Shown here: in pieces, positions 9,476-19,021 of the stretch | How positions within the stretch are numbered: the first letter of the stretch is position 1 | Layout: each line of letters opens with the position of its first letter | Virus record (IMG/VR): IMGVR_UViG_3300037458_000449 | DNA length: 64,000 nucleotides | DNA from: an uncultured virus (IMG/VR IMGVR_UViG_3300037458_000449) | Taxonomy: Duplodnaviria; Heunggongvirae; Uroviricota; Caudoviricetes | Strand: one strand, 5' to 3' | Program-made: the position numbers and the translations under genes | The notes under the pieces: generated by a model | The model's input: only the letters and a program-made list of their open reading frames with translations | Told to the model about the DNA's origin: nothing | Database searches by the model: none

Positions 9476-10249
9476 ATGCGCTATTCATTGCTGGCCCTTC
9501 TGCTGCTCGCGTTCTCAACGCATGCAGTTCCGACTGTCACGATCACCGCAACGCCGAGCCAGGCGATCAGTCCGGCCTCGGTCACGCTCACCTGGTCATC
9601 GACGGGCGCCTCGTCCTGCGCGGCGTCCGGCGGCTGGTCGGGCACCAAGGCGATCAGCGGCACGCAAACCCTGACCGACGTTCGCGCCTCGGCGACCTAC
9701 ACGCTGACGTGCAGCGAGGGCAGCGGCAGCGCGCAGCTGTCTTGGACGGCACCGACGACCAACACCGACGGCTCACCGTTTACCGACCTGGCCGGTTTCA
9801 AGGTGTACGCGGCCACCAGCGCGGCCGGCGTAGACGCGGCCACGCCGATTCCGGTTGCTGCGACGGTCAGGGCCTACATGGTGACTGGCCTCGCGGCCGG
9901 AACATGGCATTTCGGCGTCAAGGCGAGCAACGCCCAGGGCATCGACTCCGACATGAGCGCCAAGCCGACCAAGGTAGTGACGCTCGCCAGCGCCTCGAGC
10001 AGCGCGGCAGTCACGATCAACACCAAGCCGACGGCCCCGGTCGTCACGGTCGCCACGACAGCGCGGCTGTGGCGCAACGGCCTGCAGCAGCAAGTCGGCA
10101 CGGTCGCGCTCGGCCTGCCGTGCGGAGCGATCGTAAAGGACGCCCGCAAGAAAGCCGACTGGTACGCGATCCCGCGCGAGTCTGTTGCGCTCAGCAAGAA
10201 GGGCGCCAAGCTGCCGGCTGACGCGGTCATCGTGGCGAAGTGCGCGTGA
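9476..10249 (+). CDS. Fibronectin type III/Ig-domain protein with signal peptide
   Basis: MRYSLLALLLLAFSTHA leader; LSWTAPTTNTDGSPFTDLAGFKVY...GLAAGTWHFGVKA FN3 pattern; GAGGAG RBS. Confidence 0.75.
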   Translation: MRYSLLALLLLAFSTHAVPTVTITATPSQAISPASVTLTWSSTGASSCAASGGWSGTKAISGTQTLTDVRASATYTLTCSEGSGSAQLSWTAPTTNTDGSPFTDLAGFKVYAATSAAGVDAATPIPVAATVRAYMVTGLAAGTWHFGVKASNAQGIDSDMSAKPTKVVTLASASSSAAVTINTKPTAPVVTVATTARLWRNGLQQQVGTVALGLPCGAIVKDARKKADWYAIPRESVALSKKGAKLPADAVIVAKCA

Positions 10250-10276
10250 CCTGACGCGGCCAGGAAGGAGTAACCC

Positions 10277-12166
10277 GTGGCGACCCGGCTGAAAACCGTC
10301 AAGTACGCCTTTCCGGCGCTGGCGTCGCTGACGAACAACGCGCTCACGAATCTCACGCAGATCACGATCTACCTGCCAGAGACGGGCACCAAGACCTTCC
10401 GCAGCGTCGTCGCGACGGTGACGATGGATGACATCATCACCGCCACGGGCGGCACCGTGACGACCAAGACCCTGAACCTGCGGTTGGGAGCCGCAGGTTA
10501 TACCAGCGTCGCGAATGGCAACACGCTGACCAACTCGGGCGAGAACCTGTCGCTGTATTTGGCGCAGGACTACACCGCGCACTTCAATACGAACTGGTCC
10601 GGCACTTCGATGACCTGCGACTTCCAGTTGCAGATCAACCAATCGACCGGCACGACGCTGGGCATGGTCAATGTCTGCGTGACCCTCGACATCACCTACG
10701 AGTACGACGACACCAGCACGACGCAAGTCAAGACGGTGATGATCCCGCTGAATATGCCGACGGGAGCGATGGACACGTCGGCGACAACGCGGGACACGAT
10801 TCCGGCGCTCGACACCTACCTGCCGGAGGCCAGCAAGGTCTACCGCAACATCCATGTGGTTTTGCAGGGCAATGAGGCGCGCAACGCCGCGACCACCGAC
10901 CACACGATGACTCTGCGCGTCGGCACGGCTACCGTCACGACGGGCAACTACGAGGGCGCCCTCGCCTCGGATCGGTTTTTCCGATATGTATGGGAACTGA
11001 CGAGCGCATGGCCCAGCACAGCCGCGACGCAAAACTGGCAGCCGACGGCGACCATTGCCCGCTGCAACCACGCGCAGGCCTACCTCGTCGTCACCTACGA
11101 GTACAATGAATCGACCTCGACCAGCATCATGAACTCTGTGATGCTGCCGCTCGCTGTCGATTCGCCGATGGGCGGCACGACCTCGAGCGACTACCAGCGC
11201 GGCACGCGAGAACTGTTCATTCAGGAACCTGGCACGATCACCGGGCAGCGCATCGCGTTTTTCCCGTTCTGGACGCAGGCGGCGGCGATCGGCGGCCTCA
11301 ACATGCGGATCGGCACGGGCTCGTTTGTCGCGTACACCGACACGGCCTCGGTGCTGTGCGGCACCAATGCGGCGATGATCCGCAACGATTCGGCCTTCAC
11401 GCTGGCGCGAGGCCGCAATTCGCTCAACTTCGACGCCTACCGAACCGATACGGCCGACTTCGGCTGGAATTGCTCTGGTTTCTGGCTAATCAACTACACC
11501 AGCGGGAAATCGTCGCAGGGCAGCGGCGCGCACAACCACACCGTCGAGTGGGGCATCACGCAGAACGGCACGGCGGCGGCGGCGACATGGCAGGCGATTT
11601 CCGCATTGGCTCCGACCATTCCCGAGGCCAATTACTACATAACGGCCATCGGCATTCGTCTTGCCCACCTTTCCAGCACGGTTCCAGCCGGGTTCATCGT
11701 GCAAGTCGAGCGGCTGGCGGCAGAGGGCGGCGTTACCTGGGAAGTGGTCTATCAGGATCAGGTGTCGAGCGACGCCGAGATTGGCGCATATTTTGCGTTT
11801 GCGCAGATGCGACTGCTGTTCAAACGCTGGCCCGGCGACACCGACGCGGACCGCATGGACATCGAGACAGCGCGGCGCTGGCGAGTGTTCAACTTCGCTG
11901 TGGCCGGCTGGAACTCGCTGTCCATGCTGCTCACTTACCACACGATCACGTTCACGGCCGCCGACTCCATCAGCGGGTTTACGGGCACCGTGAATCTCGC
12001 GCTGCACCGCGCTGGATCCGGCGAGAAGGTGCTTGCTACTTCCCGAAGCGGAGACGGGGCCTTTTCCTTCACTTGGTTCGACAACACCGAGGAATTATTC
12101 GTCAGCGCGGATGACGGTACCAATGTAGGGCGCTCCGCGCCGACGCTCGCCAGCGGTAGCCCGTAA
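10277..12166 (+). CDS. Hypothetical structural protein with internally repeated beta domain
   Basis: AAGGAG RBS; TYEYDDTSTT..VMIPL recurs as TYEYNESTST..VMLPL. Confidence 0.7.
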   Translation: MATRLKTVKYAFPALASLTNNALTNLTQITIYLPETGTKTFRSVVATVTMDDIITATGGTVTTKTLNLRLGAAGYTSVANGNTLTNSGENLSLYLAQDYTAHFNTNWSGTSMTCDFQLQINQSTGTTLGMVNVCVTLDITYEYDDTSTTQVKTVMIPLNMPTGAMDTSATTRDTIPALDTYLPEASKVYRNIHVVLQGNEARNAATTDHTMTLRVGTATVTTGNYEGALASDRFFRYVWELTSAWPSTAATQNWQPTATIARCNHAQAYLVVTYEYNESTSTSIMNSVMLPLAVDSPMGGTTSSDYQRGTRELFIQEPGTITGQRIAFFPFWTQAAAIGGLNMRIGTGSFVAYTDTASVLCGTNAAMIRNDSAFTLARGRNSLNFDAYRTDTADFGWNCSGFWLINYTSGKSSQGSGAHNHTVEWGITQNGTAAAATWQAISALAPTIPEANYYITAIGIRLAHLSSTVPAGFIVQVERLAAEGGVTWEVVYQDQVSSDAEIGAYFAFAQMRLLFKRWPGDTDADRMDIETARRWRVFNFAVAGWNSLSMLLTYHTITFTAADSISGFTGTVNLALHRAGSGEKVLATSRSGDGAFSFTWFDNTEELFVSADDGTNVGRSAPTLASGSP

Positions 12167-12178
12167 GGAGTCGCGAGA

Positions 12179-14374
12179 ATGGCCTTCACGGTCGTTGCAA
12201 ATAGCGGCTCAGGGTTTGGGATCACGCTTGAAAGCGGGTCACCGCAGGCGCTTGAGGGCGCCGCGACGGCTGGCGCTACGGCGAGCGGTGCAATCAACGT
12301 CACGAAACCGCTGGCCGGCGACGCGATTGGCGCTGCCGCCGCATCTGGCGATCTGACAGCTGGCGGTCCGGTTCACGCATGGTTCCCGCGGCTGACGGGC
12401 AGCGCCGAGTCCTGGCAGCCGCGTAACCAGACCACCGAGTACCACCTACTCGCCGGATCCGCGACGGCCGGGGCCACGGCATCCGGCGATCTGACGGCAA
12501 CTGCCGGCGGCACGGCGCAGGAGCTCGAGGGCGCCGCCCTGACCTCGGCGCAAGCCGACGCTGCGCTGGCGGTTGCGAAGGTGCTGGCAGGAGCCGCGGC
12601 CGCCTCTGCACAGGCATCGGGGGCCGCCTCAGTCGTGAAGCTGCTCACGGGAGCCGCAGCGGCTTCCGCGCAGGCATCCGGCGCCCTGACGGTCGCCAAG
12701 CCGCTTGCCGGTCAGGCAATCGCGGGCGCATTGGCCTCGGCCGGGATCACGCTCGGCAAGCCGATCGCCGGGGCAGCCATCGCCGGGGCCGCTGCGAGCG
12801 GTGCGCTGTCCATCACTAAGCCGATCGCCGGGGCCGCACAGGCAGGCGCGACGGCCTCTGGCGCGATTTCTCACACGGTCACGCTGACGGGTGCCGCGGT
12901 ATCGGCGGCCAGCGCCAGCGGGGCAATCGCAGTCAGTAAGGGGCTTGCCGGCGCCGCGCTCGCTGGGGCCACGGCCAACGGTGCGCTGACGCTGGCGGTC
13001 AGTCTGAGCGGCGCGGCAGTCGCGCAGGCATTGGCATCGGCCGACCTTTCAACGGCTGGCGTCGCGAACCTTGAGGGCAGCGCGATCGGCGGCGGATCCG
13101 CCTCGGCGGCGCTGAACCTCAACGTCAACCTCTCCGGCAGCGCGCTTGCTGCCGCGCTGGCGTCTGGCGCGCTGGATACCGGCACCCTGCTCTCGGGCGC
13201 CGCGGTTGCCGGCGGCCAGGCCTCGGCCGCGCTCGTCGTCTCAAAGCTGCTCGCTGGACTCGCCAATGCGAGCTCGGCGGCCTCGGCAAACCTCTCGCTG
13301 TCGGTGCCGTTGAGCGGCGCGGCGATCGCCTCGGCTCAGGCGTCCGCCCCGATCACGGTCGTCCTGACGCTGAGTGGCGCTGCGATTAGCGGATCTGCGG
13401 CAAGCGGCCAGCTGAACATCCAAGTCGCGCTTGCCGGCCAGGCGGTCGCCGGCGCGACGGCACAGGCCTCGCTCGACATCGTCGGGACCGTTGACCTCGA
13501 CGGTGCTGCGGTTGCCTCGGCCAGCGCCAGCGGCGCGCTGAATGTCGCCGTCGTGCTGCAGGGCGCTGCGGTTGCTGGCGCAACAGCATCGGCAGGCCTC
13601 GAAACGGGTGTAATCGACGGCGAGTTCTATCTGCCGCCAAGCAGCCTGCTCGGCTCTGCACTCGGCCAAGCGGCGGGCGCGGCTGACCTGTCGATTGCCA
13701 AGCCGATCGCGGGTGACGCCGAGGCAAGTGCGCAGGCCGCGGCCGAGCTCGCGCTGGCAAAGCTGATTGCGGGAGTTGCCAGCGGCGGCGCGGTCGCGGC
13801 CGGCGACTTGAGCGTATCGGTGAACCTCGCGGGCGCCGCGATTGCCGGGGCCGCGGCCGGCGGGCAAATCCTGCTCGCCGTTGCGCTCAACGGTGCCGCG
13901 CTGGCGGGTGCCATGGCGTCCGGCGCGCTCACACTCACCGGCCAGGTCGATCTAGAGGGTACTGCAGCCGGCTCGGCCTCGGCGTCCGGCACGCTGAGCC
14001 TCGCGGTTCGTTTGTCGGGCGCGGCGATCGGCAGCGGCAATGCCTCGGCCACGGTCAACATTAGCAAACTGCTCTCGGGCGCCGCGATCGCTGCAACGCT
14101 GGCCGGCGGCGAGCTTACGGTGCTGTCCTTCACGCTCGACGGCGACGCGATCGCCGGGGCGGTAGCCGACGCGGCCCTGTCCGTCGTGGGCGAAACGGGC
14201 GATCTGCCGCCTGAGTATCACGGCGGCGGCGGCAAGCTGGACGACGGCGACGAGCTCTTGACGCGGGTGCGCGACTACTGGGAGCGCCGCGAGGCCCGCC
14301 AGGCTGAGCGCAAGCGGATGATCGACATGGTGCGGTTGATCGAAATGATCGACTCGATAGACGATGCGGCGTGA
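12179..14374 (+). CDS. Ala/Gly-rich ~20-aa tandem repeat (fibre-like) protein
   Basis: Repeats such as LAGAAAASAQASGAASVVKL and IAGAAIAGAAASGALSITKP. Confidence 0.75.
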   Translation: MAFTVVANSGSGFGITLESGSPQALEGAATAGATASGAINVTKPLAGDAIGAAAASGDLTAGGPVHAWFPRLTGSAESWQPRNQTTEYHLLAGSATAGATASGDLTATAGGTAQELEGAALTSAQADAALAVAKVLAGAAAASAQASGAASVVKLLTGAAAASAQASGALTVAKPLAGQAIAGALASAGITLGKPIAGAAIAGAAASGALSITKPIAGAAQAGATASGAISHTVTLTGAAVSAASASGAIAVSKGLAGAALAGATANGALTLAVSLSGAAVAQALASADLSTAGVANLEGSAIGGGSASAALNLNVNLSGSALAAALASGALDTGTLLSGAAVAGGQASAALVVSKLLAGLANASSAASANLSLSVPLSGAAIASAQASAPITVVLTLSGAAISGSAASGQLNIQVALAGQAVAGATAQASLDIVGTVDLDGAAVASASASGALNVAVVLQGAAVAGATASAGLETGVIDGEFYLPPSSLLGSALGQAAGAADLSIAKPIAGDAEASAQAAAELALAKLIAGVASGGAVAAGDLSVSVNLAGAAIAGAAAGGQILLAVALNGAALAGAMASGALTLTGQVDLEGTAAGSASASGTLSLAVRLSGAAIGSGNASATVNISKLLSGAAIAATLAGGELTVLSFTLDGDAIAGAVADAALSVVGETGDLPPEYHGGGGKLDDGDELLTRVRDYWERREARQAERKRMIDMVRLIEMIDSIDDAA

Positions 14375-14404
14375 CGCTCCAACTGGCGGACGGGTCTATA
14401 GATT
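14375..14404 (+). promoter_or_regulatory. Putative late promoter CGCTCCAAC-N15-TAGATT
   Basis: Intergenic, upstream of scaffold. Confidence 0.72.
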
Positions 14405-14440
14405 CCCGGTGGTCATCCATACCGCCCAGGAGGGCGCACC

Positions 14441-15322
14441 ATGACCACGTCCGCTATTGACCAAGCCGAACTGAACAACCTCTCCGACGAAGAACGCGAA
14501 GCCCTTGAGGGCGAGGACGTCGGAAGCCTTGATGAGGCTGAGAAGGCCGCCAAGACCGCCGAAGCGATCCCTGACGACGATGCCGCCCCAGCTGCGTCCG
14601 CCGCGGCCACCGACCCGGAGCCCGATGACGAGCCCGAATTGGGGGCAACCGCGATCCGGCTGGAACCGCCGGCCCTCGACGGCCATCAGGAACAACTGGC
14701 CGCGCTGCTCGACCAGCGCAAGACGATCCGCGAGCAGTACCGCAACGGCGACCTTTCCGCCGAAGACAAAGACCGGCTCGAGGACGAGGTCAACGAGAAA
14801 ATAAGCGACCTTCGCGCCGAGCAGAAATACGCGGCGTTCACCGAGAACTTCAACCAGCAGGTAGCCGAGCAGGACTACCTGAAAACCGTCGCGGCCGTGA
14901 AATCCGACATCCGCAGGAACGACGGCATCGACTACGACAAGAACCCGATGCTGCTGCAGAACTGGGATCTCAAGGTGCGCGCTCTTGCCAGCGACCCGGC
15001 CAACGCCGGGCATGACGGCGAGTGGTACCTTCGGGAGGCGCACAGGCGCGTCCTGGCCGAGGTCGAGGCCACCGCGCAGGCGCTCGGCTTCCAGCGCACC
15101 CAGCGCGGCCAGGGCCCACGGGATCCAGTCCGTGATGCTGTTCGCGACCGCCGACCGCCGGAAACCCGCGCGAAGTCGCTGGCGGCCCTGCCGGCGGCGG
15201 CAGCCGACAGCGGCCACGACGCGACCGAGTTCGCCCATCTGGACAGCCTGGGTGGCGATGATCTCGAGAACGCCGTCGCGCGCATGTCGCCCGAGCAGCA
15301 GGAGCGTTGGGCCCGTCTATGA
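14441..15322 (+). CDS. Putative capsid scaffolding protein
   Basis: Acidic/coiled-coil; C-terminal FAHLDSLGGDDLENAVARMSPEQQERW; upstream of the major capsid gene. Confidence 0.7.
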   Translation: MTTSAIDQAELNNLSDEEREALEGEDVGSLDEAEKAAKTAEAIPDDDAAPAASAAATDPEPDDEPELGATAIRLEPPALDGHQEQLAALLDQRKTIREQYRNGDLSAEDKDRLEDEVNEKISDLRAEQKYAAFTENFNQQVAEQDYLKTVAAVKSDIRRNDGIDYDKNPMLLQNWDLKVRALASDPANAGHDGEWYLREAHRRVLAEVEATAQALGFQRTQRGQGPRDPVRDAVRDRRPPETRAKSLAALPAAAADSGHDATEFAHLDSLGGDDLENAVARMSPEQQERWARL

Positions 15323-15519
15323 TCGAAAAGACTCTGCACGTCGATTTGAGGGTCGGGGAAACCATGACCATTGGCGGCGCGCAGGTACGTCTTGAGGAAA
15401 AGTCGGGCAAACGGGCTCGGCTGAAGATCACGGCACCCCCGAGCCTGCGGATTGACCCGCCGGCTCGGGGCGTGGCCGCCGACATGCTGGCCCGTCGCGG
15501 CGTGCTCGACGTCGCGTAA
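15319..15519 (+). CDS. CsrA/RsmA-like small RNA-binding protein
   Basis: LRVGETMTIGG..VRL....G.RARLKITAPPSLRI resembles the CsrA fold pattern; ATGA overlap; Bcep22-like phages encode a CsrA homolog. Confidence 0.65.
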   Translation: MIEKTLHVDLRVGETMTIGGAQVRLEEKSGKRARLKITAPPSLRIDPPARGVAADMLARRGVLDVA

Positions 15520-15526
15520 CACGACC

Positions 15527-15556
15527 CGCTCCAACCGATTTTGATTGCGGCAGAGT
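15527..15556 (+). promoter_or_regulatory. Putative late promoter CGCTCCAAC-N15-CAGAGT
   Basis: Intergenic, upstream of the GIY-YIG and capsid genes. Confidence 0.65.
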
Positions 15557-15592
15557 TGCCACCGTAGCCCGAAAGGGCGAAGTGGAGTGCCG

Positions 15593-16213
15593 ATGTTTGC
15601 CGTGTACGCGCTGCTCGACCCCCGTGCTTGCGATCTCCGATACATCGGAATGACGCAGGACGTAGGCGCGCGCGTCAAAAAGCACGTTCGCAACTGCACC
15701 CATTTCGACACGCCGCGCGACCAATGGATTCGGGAGTTGCGAGGCGCCGGACTTCAGCCTGATTGCATGGTCCTCGAAGAATTTGAGAATCGTGACGCTT
15801 GCGACGCTGGTGAGCGTTACTGGATCAGCAGGGCATCCAGTCGTGGCTTAGGCATCCTTAATCGCACGGCCGGCGGGCAACGTGGCGAACTGAGCGACGA
15901 GTCTAGGGAAAGGATCGGCGCCAAGAACCGCGGCCGGGTTCCATCGGCCGAAGCGCGCGCGAAGATGTCGGCGTCCGCGAAAGCACGCACGGGCCGCGTC
16001 GTCAGCGCAGAAACCCGCGCCAAGATTAGTGAGTCGAACAAGGGGAAAGGTCATAGCCTGGAATGGCGCGCGGCGCAGGCGGCGCTCATGGCGGGGCGGA
16101 AAGCGTCGCCGGCCACCAAGGCGAAAATGAGTTCATCGCAGCGCGGGAACCAAAACGCGCGGCGATCACCAACTGAGCGCAAGAGTGCTCCAAACATCAA
16201 CTTTGGAGACTGA
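15593..16213 (+). CDS. GIY-YIG homing endonuclease with NUMOD3 repeats
   Basis: VYALLDPR...RYIGMT, R..H, ERYWI, LN; SAEARAKMS and SAETRAKIS repeats; GGAG RBS before ATG 15593. Confidence 0.85.
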   Translation: MFAVYALLDPRACDLRYIGMTQDVGARVKKHVRNCTHFDTPRDQWIRELRGAGLQPDCMVLEEFENRDACDAGERYWISRASSRGLGILNRTAGGQRGELSDESRERIGAKNRGRVPSAEARAKMSASAKARTGRVVSAETRAKISESNKGKGHSLEWRAAQAALMAGRKASPATKAKMSSSQRGNQNARRSPTERKSAPNINFGD

Positions 16214-16215
16214 AA

Positions 16216-17358
16216 ATGGCTCAGACAATTGTGGGCTTGAATGATCCCAAGGCGGTAAAGAAGTATTCCGCCTTCCTCGCAGTCGATGTTGGCCGCAAGT
16301 CCTACTTCAACAAGAAGTTCATGGGCAAGGGCATCGAGGCGCAGACCCCCATCCAGATGCTCACGTCGCTGGAAAGCGACTCGGGCGAGCAGATCAGCTA
16401 CGACCTCGTCATGCAGCTTCGCATGCAGCCGGTCGAAGGTGACAACACGCTCGAGGGCAAGGAAGAAGACCTCAAGTTCTACACGGACAACGTCTACATC
16501 GACCAGGCGCGTGGCGGTGTGAACACGGGCGGCCGCATGACCCGCAAGCGCACGATCCACGATCTGCGCAAGGTCGCGCGGGCGCGTCAGTCCGAGTGGT
16601 GGGCGCGGATTTTCGATGAACTGTTCTTCCTGTACCTGTCCGGCGGCTTCCGCGACAGCGGCACGGGCGCGTCGATCTTCGCCAATGGCGACTACACCTA
16701 CCCGAGCGGCTACGCGGGCTTCGCGAACAACACGTTCGTCGCCCCGGATGCCGAGCACCGGGCCTTCGGTGGTGACGCCACGCTGTTCAGCAACATCGAC
16801 TCGGGCGACAAGCTCTCGCTGTCGGTCATCGACAAGCTGGTGGCGAAGGCCTGCACGCTGGGCGGCGGCACGTCGGGTATCCCGGCGATCGAGCCCATCA
16901 TGATCGACGGCGAGGAACACTACGTCATGGTGATGCACCCGTGGCAGGAGTACGACCTGCGCACGAACACCAGCACCGGGCAATGGCTCGACATCCAGAA
17001 GGCCGCGTCGGGCGCCGAGGGGCGCAGCAACCCGATCTTCAAGGGTGGCACCGGCATGTACAACAACGTCGTGCTGCACAAGCACCGCTCGGTTCTCCGT
17101 CGCACAGACGGCGGCGCCGGCTCGGTCGCCGTGGCTCGGGCGCTGTTCATGGGTCGGCAGGCGGCGGTGGTCGCGTTCGGTTCGCCGGGCACGGGCCTGC
17201 GCTTCGACTGGGCCGAGGAATCGCGTGACAACGGCAACCAGGCCGTCATCACGACGAGCTCGATCTTCGGCGTGAAGAAGACCGCCTTCACGATCGAGGG
17301 CGTGTCGCGGGACTTCGGCATCGTCGCCGTGGACACCGCGGCTGCGAACCCCGGCTAA
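16216..17358 (+). CDS. Major capsid protein, N4-gp56 family
   Basis: GDNTLEGKEEDL, IDQARGGV, RKRTIHDLR, YVMVMHPWQEYDLR, NPIFKG, GVKKT; strongly biased codons. Confidence 0.9.
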   Translation: MAQTIVGLNDPKAVKKYSAFLAVDVGRKSYFNKKFMGKGIEAQTPIQMLTSLESDSGEQISYDLVMQLRMQPVEGDNTLEGKEEDLKFYTDNVYIDQARGGVNTGGRMTRKRTIHDLRKVARARQSEWWARIFDELFFLYLSGGFRDSGTGASIFANGDYTYPSGYAGFANNTFVAPDAEHRAFGGDATLFSNIDSGDKLSLSVIDKLVAKACTLGGGTSGIPAIEPIMIDGEEHYVMVMHPWQEYDLRTNTSTGQWLDIQKAASGAEGRSNPIFKGGTGMYNNVVLHKHRSVLRRTDGGAGSVAVARALFMGRQAAVVAFGSPGTGLRFDWAEESRDNGNQAVITTSSIFGVKKTAFTIEGVSRDFGIVAVDTAAANPG

Positions 17359-17392
17359 CCCGACACCAGCAGGATCACAGGAGTAATCAGTC

Positions 17393-17863
17393 ATGGCACG
17401 AATCCAGTCTCTTTATGCGTCGGGCCGCCTGCCGACGCCGATCTCGCAGGGGTCGGACCTCGTCACCCTGCCCTTCGAGTGCGCAGTTCCGGCGACGGGC
17501 GACGGCACGGTTATCGGCGACATCATCGAAATGGGCGTCCTGCCCGCCGGGCACGTCCCGGTCGATGTCATCTACAGCGCCACCGACCTCGACACCGGCG
17601 CGGCCGCGCATGCCGTCTCTTTCGGCGTGCTGAACGCCGCGAAGGACGACATTTCGACGGCGGCAGCCGATGGCGGCGCGGCATGGGCCACGGGCCTCAC
17701 GATCGGCCAGGCCGGCACGCTGGCGCGGCAGACAACGGCGGCCATCCATGCCGTCCAGCCGTCCGCGGCGGCTCGTCCCCTTGGCTTCAAGGTGACGACG
17801 GCATCGGCGACCAAGGCCGCGGGCACGATCCGCGCGTTCGTGGTCTGCCGGGCCACGCCGTAA
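17393..17863 (+). CDS. Virion (head decoration-like) protein
   Basis: Directly after the capsid gene; AGGAG RBS; GDIIEMGVLP..DLDTG pattern. Confidence 0.7.
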   Translation: MARIQSLYASGRLPTPISQGSDLVTLPFECAVPATGDGTVIGDIIEMGVLPAGHVPVDVIYSATDLDTGAAAHAVSFGVLNAAKDDISTAAADGGAAWATGLTIGQAGTLARQTTAAIHAVQPSAAARPLGFKVTTASATKAAGTIRAFVVCRATP

Positions 17864-17880
17864 TCGGTGAGTGTGGAACC

Positions 17881-17909
17881 GGGGCCCGGCGCAAGCCGGG
17901 CCCCTCTTT
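17881..17909 (+). terminator. Putative intrinsic terminator
   Basis: GGGGCCCGGC-GCAA-GCCGGGCCCC perfect 10-bp stem with GNRA loop followed by TCTTT. Confidence 0.75.
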
Positions 17910-17926
17910 GAACGGGGGATTGCATC

Positions 17927-18328
17927 ATGTTGATCGTCTGCACCATCAAGCGAAAGCTTGGCTCGCATACGAAAATGCCCGACGACGGGACCGTGTATTC
18001 GTTCCTGCCCAATGAGCACGGCGATCACGTCGCCGAGGTCGTCAACCTCGATCACATCCAGCGATTGCTGGCGATCGAAACCTACAAGCCCTACGGGGTC
18101 GCCGCGGCCGTCGAGGCCGAGGCCAGCGTCGCCGCTGACAACGAGCTCACCGAGCTCGAGCAGGCCATCAAGCCGGAGCTCGTCACCGACCTCGCGCAGA
18201 TGACCATGGAAGAACTGCTCGCCGAGTACCACTACCGATTCGGCCGGGCGGCTCCGAAGCTCATCAAGTACGACACGCTGCTGCAGAAGCTCGCCGCGGC
18301 GCGTATGGACGCCAGCGCGCAGGAGTAA
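17927..18328 (+). CDS. Hypothetical protein
   Basis: Codon bias; operon position. Confidence 0.7.
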   Translation: MLIVCTIKRKLGSHTKMPDDGTVYSFLPNEHGDHVAEVVNLDHIQRLLAIETYKPYGVAAAVEAEASVAADNELTELEQAIKPELVTDLAQMTMEELLAEYHYRFGRAAPKLIKYDTLLQKLAAARMDASAQE

Positions 18329-18334
18329 CCGGCC

Positions 18335-19009
18335 GTGCCATTGACTGCGGCCGAAGTTCTCACCCGCGCAAACGACCTGATTCAGGACGCGACCAACACC
18401 CGTTGGTCGGCGCCTGAGTTGCTGCGCTGGCTGAACGACGGCCGCCGGGAAATGGCGATCCTGCGGCCCGACATTTACTCGACCGTGTCCGTCATCCAGC
18501 TGGCCGCGGGCACCCGGCAGTCGGTCCCGACCGACGGCACGCGGTTCCTCGACGCGATCCGCAACATGGGGAGCGATGGCGTGACGCCAGGCGCGGCCGT
18601 GCGGCCCGTGCAGCGGGAAATCCTCGACGCGCAGTACCCGAACTGGCACAGCGAGGCCTCGGGGGCCACCAAGCACTTCATGTTCGATGAGCGCGTGCCG
18701 GGCGTCTTCTACGTCTATCCACCGGCCGTCGCGGCAGCCCGTCTCGAGGTCGCCTACGCCCAGGAGCCGACGGACATCAGCAACACGGCCGATGCGCTCG
18801 CAAAGGAGGGCGTCTACGCGGGCGCGCTGGTGGACTACGTCTGCTACCGGGCGTTCACCAAGGACGCGACCTTTGCCGGCAACCTGCAGCGGGCGGCGGC
18901 CGCCTACATGCAGTTCACCAACGCCATCACCGGGGGCGACGCGCGGGATCTCAGCGTGTCGCCGAATACCTCACGCACCGACGGCTCTCCCGCGCGAGGC
19001 GCGGGCTGA
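18335..19009 (+). CDS. Head-tail adaptor-like virion protein
   Basis: RWSAPELLRWLNDG, FYVYPP, ALVDYVCYRAF pattern of podophage adaptors. Confidence 0.7.
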   Translation: MPLTAAEVLTRANDLIQDATNTRWSAPELLRWLNDGRREMAILRPDIYSTVSVIQLAAGTRQSVPTDGTRFLDAIRNMGSDGVTPGAAVRPVQREILDAQYPNWHSEASGATKHFMFDERVPGVFYVYPPAVAAARLEVAYAQEPTDISNTADALAKEGVYAGALVDYVCYRAFTKDATFAGNLQRAAAAYMQFTNAITGGDARDLSVSPNTSRTDGSPARGAG

Positions 19010-19021
19010 TAGGGGGTCCGC

